Shown one piece after another: positions 47,162 through 54,227 of a stretch of 54,227 nucleotides of DNA. Made by a program: the position numbers and the translations under genes. Each line of letters begins with the position of its first letter. The first letter of the stretch is position 1. The stretch is from contig CAZWVC010000001.1 of assembly GCA_964637245.1 (NCBI GenBank), forward strand, positions 1 through 54,227, given 5' to 3'. Under the pieces are notes generated by a model. That model worked only from the letters and a program-made list of their open reading frames with translations. It was not told the DNA's origin and ran no database searches. Source of the stretch: an uncultured Desulfocapsaceae bacterium (GTDB taxonomy: Bacteria > Desulfobacterota > Desulfobulbia > Desulfobulbales > Desulfocapsaceae).

Positions 47162-48742
47162 CTAGTTAGCAGGGCAAGCCACTATTTCTCTCTTACGCAA
47201 AAAGTCAAAATTATCATCACGCTCTTCAGTGTGGCAATTAAGACAAACATTCGAAGAGATCTTTTTATCCAAAGTTACCTCTGATGGGTTTTCCATATGT
47301 AGCCTTCCTGCCCCATGACACGACTCACAGCCAACTACCTGAAGCTGTTCTGGTAGGTTGAGTAGAACAATACTGTTTTCAGAAGCTTTCTGGAATTGTC
47401 TTGGTTCCTGAGTAACATGGCAGACAAGGCATTCCGTGTTTGCTGCCTCACCTTTATTTTTAAGAGTAGTCAAAGATGTTGCATGCGATGTAGTTAGCCA
47501 AAAATTTCTTTGTTGTTCATGACATGAGCCACAATTGGAATAGCCTATAAGGTTTTTATTGAAACGTTCACGCAACTGTTTAAGTTCAGAATTTTTTCTC
47601 TTCTCCTTGTTGTAGGTGAAAATCTCATTTTTAATTTTCTCCACAAGTGTATGAACATTTTGATCCTCTTTAACTAATTGGCCAAGAGGGATGAATTGTG
47701 CTGAATATTTGCTTTTTTCGTTAACTGAATCATTTTCTTTCTGGGTATTTAGTTCAGTGAGTTTTTTTTGCAGCTTTTCTTTCTGGGTCGAAAGTTGTTT
47801 ATAAAGCTTATCTTGAGCATCGGTTTTGGCTTGTATGACTCTCAAACGGTTGAGTCTATAATTAACAGGTTGGAGCTGTTGTTGAATACTATGAATACTT
47901 AACTTTTGATGGTTTTGCCATTTCGGATAATTAAGGTTGTTCAAAGAAAGATGGCCCAGATATCTCCCTTTATTAGCGGTCTGTATAAGAAGGGCATTAT
48001 TTGTCAATTGCGGGTGAATGTTCCCCTGGTTGTTATGAGCCGTCACAATGATTCGAACCAGGGGATATTTTTCCGCTATTTGGACGTTCTCCTCAAGTGA
48101 TAGGGCACTCAGCAGTACTATAAAATTAGTTGTTGGGGGCAACTTTGGCATGATTTCAGGTATGATTTCTTGCCAGTTTTTATAAATATATCCATCCTCC
48201 ATCTTATGGGGTTCTGGAGTTAAACCAATTATTGCAATCTTTAGCTGGTTAAAATCTTTAACGATGAATTGCCTAAATACGGGTAACCCAGCCTTATTGA
48301 AAAAACTTGCACTAATCCATTGTGGAGTTGCGTTTTTCTCAAGGAAAGCAATGCCACCTGCCAAATCATTGGGTCCGACGTTGATGGCATCAAATGTCAT
48401 TTCCTCATAAATCTTAATTATTCCTTTAGCCTTAATTGACAAAAGGTCATCAGATTTATTTAATTTCGTGGTCTTGAATAACACATTGCCTGAGTCAACC
48501 AGAAGTTGAGGAACCCCTGTATGCTCAGCAATTTCTTCTATTTTTCTTTGTTTCTTAGACAGTCCGCCTAATTTGTTGGCTTTTCAGCCACAGCTTTCAA
48601 GCTCTCCAAAAACGTTGCCCGAGAAGAATAGATTGAGTGATTGCTCTGCAGGCTGCTCTGCTCTTGTTAAGCAAACCAACAGAGTAAATGAGAGGAGAAT
48701 AATTCCTAGAGTTAGACGGATAGGTAGATTAAATCTTATCAT
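47162..48742 (-). CDS. Predicted exported selenoprotein: UshA-like domain with C-G-U motif fused to tetraheme cytochrome c (526 aa, Sec53)
   Basis: Frame is open from ATG 48742 apart from one TGA at 48586-48584: MIRFNLPIRLTLGIILLSFTLLVCLTRAEQ...FFSGNVFGELESCG*KANKLGGLSKK...LLVDSGNVLF. Four CxxCH motifs (CGSCH, CLVCH, CESCH, CLNCH). Confidence 0.85.
48555..48571 (-). promoter_or_regulatory. Candidate bacterial SECIS element
   Basis: UUAGGC-GGACU-GUCUAA hairpin starting 12 nt 3' of the UGA, with G at the start of the apical loop. Confidence 0.65.
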
Positions 48743-48980
48743 GGAAATATTTTTTAAAACATGTTTTGAATTTTTTCTTTTACGTAAACTGCATTATACT
48801 CGTAATTCCTGTAAACACCTAAGAAATTACATTTGCACCGATGTGCCAACAGACGTTTTAATAGCTGTACCATCTAGTAGTTTCATCACAAAACAATGAA
48901 TTTTTAAGTTAGATTTTTGAATAGTTTCATCTGATTGCCACTAAATTATGTATGCTAAAGAATAGGGTAATCAGATAGTT

Positions 48981-49199
48981 TTATTTAACGATCAATAACG
49001 TATCTCCTTCTTCTACCTGGACAATATCATTGACATGCAGCTTCCTTCCTCTACGGGTTTCCACTTCTCCGTTCACTTTGACCTGACCATCTAGAATTAG
49101 AAACTTGGCTTCATTACCGTCTTGAACCATATTGGCATATTTTAAAAATTGTCCCAAACGAATTGGGAGTGAATCAATCACGATATTTTTTTTTGTCAT
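48981..49199 (-). CDS. Small S4-domain RNA-binding protein (YaaA/YbcJ-like)
   Basis: IRLGQFLK...G.EAK..I..G.V.VNGEVETRRGRKL. Confidence 0.9.
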   Translation of the reverse strand: MTKKNIVIDSLPIRLGQFLKYANMVQDGNEAKFLILDGQVKVNGEVETRRGRKLHVNDIVQVEEGDTLLIVK

Positions 49200-49613
49200 A
49201 AATTAGATTAAAATGTTGATTATTATAAGTGTTTTAGCTATGAACATTAAGTAAATCTCACGCCTTGATAGTTGGTTGTATTTTAAATCTTAATGTTTAA
49301 ATGATGAACAGTGTTTCTCGAACTGGCATTGTACATATCCAAAAACCTTGCTTTTAATTAAGAAGAATTAAAACCTGCATATTTCTCTTTACTAGATAAA
49401 ACTGCAGCTAGCTATCCTTAGCAGGTAAAAAAATTTTAATAATAATAAATTCAGGTAGTAATATCTTCAACTTTAGTAAAAAAATGAGTGAGCTATCGAT
49501 GTACTTCGGATATTATGTTTCTCAATCAAATTGCTATCCGGCCAGTATTAATTTGACTTACTAGGTCAAAGTTACGGATAATCAAAGAAAGCTATGCAAA
49601 CTGGAGGTAAACC

Positions 49614-50099
49614 ATGATTCAAAGAGGAAATTCCATAGTAATCAACATTCTGTTTGTTTTTGTTGTTTTATTAACCCTTAATGGTTGTAGTAATAATTCA
49701 AAATCCTCTTCAGATATGGGGATTCCACCTATCTCAAATAATGTAACCAGTCACTCTGATATTGTATTACCAGCTGAACTCGAATGGGACAGTTCCAAAA
49801 GTATGGCTATAAAGACAGATTCATTTAATGGAGGTATCTATCACTATAGTGGAAGGGTTGAAGTCAATTCTTTAAAAGATTTTATCATCTCTTCTATGAA
49901 ACAAAATCGCTGGAAATTAGTAGGCGAAGCCGCTTACGATAGCACCATGCTGGCTTTTATTAAACCAAACAAAACGTGTATGGTTACTCTCTCTGAAGGT
50001 ATCGGAGGTTTTCTCAGCAATACCCATGTGGAACTCTATGTAACCCATGACTTGGCTGCGGCAAAGGGTTTAAATCCTTTTGGTGAGCCCGTAAATTAG
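49614..50099 (+). CDS. Hypothetical lipoprotein
   Basis: GGAGG SD, hydrophobic signal with lipobox LNGC. Confidence 0.75.
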   Translation: MIQRGNSIVINILFVFVVLLTLNGCSNNSKSSSDMGIPPISNNVTSHSDIVLPAELEWDSSKSMAIKTDSFNGGIYHYSGRVEVNSLKDFIISSMKQNRWKLVGEAAYDSTMLAFIKPNKTCMVTLSEGIGGFLSNTHVELYVTHDLAAAKGLNPFGEPVN

Positions 50100-50353
50100 A
50101 GAGTACAAGAATTGATTGCACTACTGCAATGCTTAGCTCTTTTCTCGATCCTGTTTGGAGATATTAGACTATTGATTATCGTCGAAATATAAACGACGAA
50201 GAGGAAAACAGAAATTATATCCGTAACCACTTAGAAAATATAAAATTGTCATTTTTAAGCTATCGGATATATATTTAATTATTAGTGATTCAATAGTATA
50301 TGAGGCACGGTAATTAGAAACACTTCAATTCAAATCTACTGCTCACGTTCTTA

Positions 50354-52702
50354 ATGACGAGAAACACTGAACATACTGAAGATCCGAAAGATCGTACTCT
50401 CCGCCAGTTACGAGAAGCTGAGGAGAAAAGGGCAAATATCAGGTTTGAAAGGGGATTATTGGAGCTTGAAAATTCCAGGCTCGAAATACTTCATAACCAA
50501 GAATTTAGACAAAGATTCGCATCTTACCTCTATGATCATTTTACAGAAAATGAAAGTGACAACATAGGTATTTATATTAACAAGCTATTTGAGCAACTGC
50601 TTGAAAAGAAGAATGAGGAGAACGTCTTAAATATCCTCGATGAGCTTGGCAATCACTCCCTCAAAGGATACAATCTTCGGCTTATTCAGTTTCTCACCAC
50701 CAAATATATTTTTCTCCTCAAGGAAAGTGATTCTAACACCTTTATTTCAACTAATGTGTGTGAATTTTTGGCACATTGTTGCGAATTATACGTTCGTAGC
50801 AGTAGGTGGCAGAATTTTGATGATCTCGTAAAAGTTTTATGGAAGGTAAGAAATCTAAACTTCGAGACACCAGGAGGCACCGGTAAACCTTTCAAATCTG
50901 TCTTTTCAAAAATTGCCGCAAAAGATGTCATCGAAAAAATCTTACAGTTTCATAATACCGGTAACCAAGATGAAAGAAGCCTAGCAAGCAGAAGTATGCG
51001 ATATCTCGGTGAAGAAGCGCTGCTTTTTCTGCTGAACAGGTTAGTGTTTAGTAAAACCAAACAAGAGCGTTTTTTGCTTATAGAGTTAATATCCAGTATC
51101 GGTGAGGATATTGTCAATCCAATTCATAAGTTCATGGAGGTAGACCTACCGTGGTATGCTGTGAGAAATTTGATAATCCTCATAGCCGAGATTGGTAACT
51201 CTGATTATTATTCCATGGTGGAAGGATATCTGATCCATCCAGATACACGCGTCCAACAACAAGTTGTGGCTTGTATTGTTAAATTGGGGGGTAAAAACCT
51301 TGAGAAACGGCTGATGCAGGCTCTACCTGTAGTTGATGACGAAATAAAACTCAAACTGGTAATGCAGTTTGGAGAATATAATAGCGAACATATCGCCAAC
51401 GGTTTAATTGACATTATCCATAAGCGTGAGAGTTTTTCTGAGGCCATTCGAGAGGAGCTTCTCTACAAAATATGTATTAGTCTGAGATCTTACCCGTATA
51501 CAAAAGTTGCAAATCTTCTCAAACATCTTTTTAAAGAACTATCAGGCATAAGCAGAGATAAAAACCGACTTACCATTGCTATTCAAGAAACAATCAATAT
51601 TCTCGAACCACAAATTCGTCACAACGTAAAAACTGAAAGGGTTGAAGCGAACAATGACCCTCTTGGAACCACTGATGATAATGAAGCAGCCACCTCAGCC
51701 GATGTTGAAGATTTCCTTGATGATATTGACCATCTATTACAGACAGGTAACTTGGAAAAAGCAACTGCTCTAATGTACAAGAGAATTATCGACTCAGCCA
51801 GGGCTAAAGATTTCAATACAGCTGAGATGCTTCGTGACAAGTTGCTTGAGATAAATCCAGATGCCTTACAGGATGTTATTCGCGCCGCGGAAATAATTGA
51901 AGAAGAAAAGCATTCACCAACAACCAGTGTTCAAGTTGAGATTTGGGATAATCTCTACAAAAGACTAAATAATGATGAATACGACGCTTTATTAACTCTT
52001 CTAAAAAATGAGAATTACAAGAAAGATGAAAAGATCATAGGCTCTGGTGAAATTGATGCATGTCTCTACTTCCTGAGTAGTGGCGCTGTTCGTCTAAGCT
52101 GCTTATGTGGCCAACATGAGACTTTTTTAAAACGCCTTAAACCTGGTGAAGTTCTTGGGGTTGGGCCATTTTTTTCCGCATCTGTCTGGACAGTAAACCT
52201 TACCGCTTTGCAGCGTACGACCATGCAGGTATTGCGTAGGGAAAATTTTTTAAAAATTGAAAAACAATTACCTGATCTTGAAGAGAAGCTATTCGAATTT
52301 TGTAAGAAAAAGGATATCGTTCCTGATCTCATCAAAATGTCAGGTAGGGATAGGCGAGATTGTGCCAGGTATCCAGCCAGTATAACGGTTAATAATATTT
52401 TACTCGACCCCTATGGTGGAAGCAAGGGAAGAAGAGTATTTCAGGGGGAGATGTTAGATATTTCCCGTGGTGGCCTCTCTTTTTCAATTCGCATTTCAAA
52501 AAAAGAAAATGCCCATCTGTTACTCGGTAGACAATTAATTTCAGAAATCAAGTACAAAGGAAAAGAAATTCTTAAAGCTTTTGGCTTGATCGTTGGCGTC
52601 AATTTTCAGCACGAAATAGTAAAAGAATATTCTGTCCACGTTAAATTTTATTCTGAACTAGAGCAACCTCAAATTACCAATGTGGTAAATCTCGTTTCTT
52701 AA
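50354..52702 (+). CDS. HEAT-repeat, cNMP-binding-like and PilZ domain protein
   Basis: HEAT repeats (WYAVRNL...HPDTRVQQ), cNMP fold (II.SGE...LYFL.SG.V...L.PGE), PilZ RRDCARYP and DISRGG. Confidence 0.82.
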   Translation: MTRNTEHTEDPKDRTLRQLREAEEKRANIRFERGLLELENSRLEILHNQEFRQRFASYLYDHFTENESDNIGIYINKLFEQLLEKKNEENVLNILDELGNHSLKGYNLRLIQFLTTKYIFLLKESDSNTFISTNVCEFLAHCCELYVRSSRWQNFDDLVKVLWKVRNLNFETPGGTGKPFKSVFSKIAAKDVIEKILQFHNTGNQDERSLASRSMRYLGEEALLFLLNRLVFSKTKQERFLLIELISSIGEDIVNPIHKFMEVDLPWYAVRNLIILIAEIGNSDYYSMVEGYLIHPDTRVQQQVVACIVKLGGKNLEKRLMQALPVVDDEIKLKLVMQFGEYNSEHIANGLIDIIHKRESFSEAIREELLYKICISLRSYPYTKVANLLKHLFKELSGISRDKNRLTIAIQETINILEPQIRHNVKTERVEANNDPLGTTDDNEAATSADVEDFLDDIDHLLQTGNLEKATALMYKRIIDSARAKDFNTAEMLRDKLLEINPDALQDVIRAAEIIEEEKHSPTTSVQVEIWDNLYKRLNNDEYDALLTLLKNENYKKDEKIIGSGEIDACLYFLSSGAVRLSCLCGQHETFLKRLKPGEVLGVGPFFSASVWTVNLTALQRTTMQVLRRENFLKIEKQLPDLEEKLFEFCKKKDIVPDLIKMSGRDRRDCARYPASITVNNILLDPYGGSKGRRVFQGEMLDISRGGLSFSIRISKKENAHLLLGRQLISEIKYKGKEILKAFGLIVGVNFQHEIVKEYSVHVKFYSELEQPQITNVVNLVS

Positions 52703-52742
52703 GCTAAACAATTTAGTTTTTCGACATCGATAAGCACATTCC

Positions 52743-53735
52743 ATGGCTTACAGAGCTGAGCTGAAACTTCGCAACCTCGTAATATCGCCTCCTCTTGCCC
52801 TCGCACCAATGGTAGGTTTGTCTCACTCTGCTCTGCGCAGTTTGATTATTGAATGTGGTGGAATAGGCCTTTTGTACACTGAAATGCTCTCAGCAAAGAG
52901 ATTGCCAAACGAAAATGCTAATGTGTCACCATTGCTCATTCGGTCAGCAGAAGAAAAACCCCTTTTTTATCAAGTTTTTCTAAACGATTCAGCTTACATT
53001 ATTCCGGCAGTTGAAAAGATTAATCAGCTTAATGCACAAGGGATTGATTTAAACCTCGGCTGTCCAGCGCCAAAACTTAGAAAAAGAGGGGCTGGATGTG
53101 CGCTTGCAACTGATCATCAAGCCGTAAAAAATGCCATCTCAATTTTTAGAAAAGCTACAGAACTTCCACTAACAGTAAAAGTCAGACTTGGTGATAGTGA
53201 TGATAGGGGCAAATTTCTAGAATTATGTAAAATAATTGAAGGGGAGGGCGGAGATTGTATTACTATTCATGCTCGATTCAATACTGACAAATTCTGTCGG
53301 AAGCCACGCTGGGAATGTATAGCCACTGCAAAGAAACATCTTGCCATACCGGTAGTTGCCAATGGTGGTATTTTTAGTGTTGAAGACGCACAGAAATGTC
53401 TTGATACCACAGGGGCAGACGGACTCATGCTTGGTAGAGGTGCTGTGGCCAGACCTTGGATTTTCTCAAGAATTAGTCAATCTCTTTTTGGTATAGGAGA
53501 TAAATCAGATATACTTTTCTTAAGAGATATCTATATACGATTCATAGATTTACTTGTTTTAAGATTTTCTCAGGAACGAAGGCTTGGTCGCCTAAAACAG
53601 TTTACCCATTACTTCGCTGAGTCATATCCCTTTGGTCACAGCTTGGCTACGGCTGTACAGACAAGCCGATCAATTGAACAGGCCACTGAACGTGCGGAGT
53701 ATTTTTTCGATACCAATGAACCCCTTACAATTTAA
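52743..53735 (+). CDS. dus: tRNA-dihydrouridine synthase family protein
   Basis: LAPMVG, DLNLGCP, IHAR, ANGGI, MLGRG. Confidence 0.9.
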   Translation: MAYRAELKLRNLVISPPLALAPMVGLSHSALRSLIIECGGIGLLYTEMLSAKRLPNENANVSPLLIRSAEEKPLFYQVFLNDSAYIIPAVEKINQLNAQGIDLNLGCPAPKLRKRGAGCALATDHQAVKNAISIFRKATELPLTVKVRLGDSDDRGKFLELCKIIEGEGGDCITIHARFNTDKFCRKPRWECIATAKKHLAIPVVANGGIFSVEDAQKCLDTTGADGLMLGRGAVARPWIFSRISQSLFGIGDKSDILFLRDIYIRFIDLLVLRFSQERRLGRLKQFTHYFAESYPFGHSLATAVQTSRSIEQATERAEYFFDTNEPLTI

Positions 53736-53747
53736 GGAGACCACCCG

Positions 53748-54062
53748 ATGATTGATCTCATTAAAAAGGCTATGCTTACTGGAGTAGGACTTGCCTCTAT
53801 CTCGATTGATAAAATTGATGAAATGGCCAAGGAACTTATGGAACAGGGGAATTTAACAGAACAGGAAGGTAAAAAACTTGTTCAAGAAATGCTGGGCTAT
53901 GCAGAGAAATCTAAGGAACAGCTGGAAAAACAAGTTGATTCTTATGTGGAGAAAGCCATGAGCAAAATGGATGTTGCCAGAAAAAGTGACCTCAATGAAC
54001 TTCGCGATTCAATATTGCAACTGCAAGAAAAAATAGATAAACAGGCAAAGGGATCGTCCTAA
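53748..54062 (+). CDS. Phasin-family / polyhydroxyalkanoate granule-associated-like small protein
   Basis: MIDLIKKAMLTGVG...ELMEQGNL...EGKK...ARKSDL..L pattern. Confidence 0.7.
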   Translation: MIDLIKKAMLTGVGLASISIDKIDEMAKELMEQGNLTEQEGKKLVQEMLGYAEKSKEQLEKQVDSYVEKAMSKMDVARKSDLNELRDSILQLQEKIDKQAKGSS

Positions 54063-54226
54063 CTGTTACGCTTTTTCAAAACACGCATCATTTTGTTAAT
54101 AACTAGAGTGAACTCTTCCACTTTTAAGAGGAAGATGCAAGTCCCATATAGAGTTGCTGCTGCCAGGATGATCAAAAATAAAGCTGTGAGACTATACCAG
54201 ATTGTTCCCTGTAGAGATGCTGCTGC
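54059..54226 (-). CDS. C-terminal end of a membrane protein cut by the window edge, possibly lipid II flippase MurJ
   Basis: Open frame ...LFLIILAAATLYGTCIFLLKVEEFTLVINKMMRVLKKRNS*, resembling MurJ C-termini. Only 55 aa visible. Confidence 0.45.
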   Translation of the reverse strand, partial: AAASLQGTIWYSLTALFLIILAAATLYGTCIFLLKVEEFTLVINKMMRVLKKRNS

Positions 54227-54227
54227 A

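Noticed and set aside
47162-48742. Pseudogene reading of the TGA-interrupted gene
   Set aside because: The single stop is TGA in a CxU context with a downstream hairpin, and the rest of the frame and all heme motifs are intact. Not formally excluded without sel genes.
48833-48849. TTGGCACATCGGTGCAA as a sigma54 promoter
   Set aside because: GG-to-GC spacing is 9, not the required 10. Kept only as a palindrome.
48573-48899. 108-aa plus-strand ORF
   Set aside because: Antisense shadow of the selenoprotein N-terminus with no recognisable motif.
49200-49613. 414-nt AT-rich intergenic region with TTTGAC-N7-GTCAAA palindrome (49552-49570)
   Set aside because: Consistent with ordinary divergent promoters. 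No ORF or RNA family recognisable.
186-52335. Numerous 60-170 aa ORFs overlapping called genes in other frames or antisense
   Set aside because: Shadow ORFs of well-supported genes, with no motifs or RBS support.
1-54227. Mobile elements, CRISPR arrays, rRNA/tRNA, defence systems
   Set aside because: No transposase, integrase, repeat-spacer array or cloverleaf seen. Manual reading could miss a small RNA.

Overview
AT-rich bacterial chromosomal region. Gene content and order suggest a sulfate/sulfur-metabolising Desulfobacterota genome, probably Desulfobulbales-like (inference, no search run). Bases 1-25.2 kb are a motility island: a sigma54-type flagellar operon (TPR gene-flgBC-fliEFGHIJ-motE/flbB-like-fliK-flgD), a divergent cheY-cheX-cheX-double CheC-like cluster, a sigma54 activator, a cNMP-binding protein, a secreted nuclease plus pentapeptide pair, and a cheA-cheW-cheB-cheR-response regulator operon. 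The rest is mostly housekeeping (hisIG, engB, lepA, rpoH, greA, purD-purE fusion, tsaC, ettA, M18 peptidase, ppaC, dus) with several uncharacterised envelope and signalling genes. I saw no rRNA, tRNA, CRISPR array or transposase. The best find is missed by the ORF track: the 47162..48484 ORF extends upstream through an in-frame TGA (48584-48586) in a C-G-U motif followed by a SECIS-like hairpin. This gives a predicted 526-aa exported selenoprotein that fuses a catalytically degenerate UshA-like domain to a tetraheme cytochrome c. Also notable are near-identical back-to-back sigma54 promoters between the flagellar and che clusters, a terminator directly in front of the greA RBS, and an orphan TPR/beta-barrel exporter-like gene.
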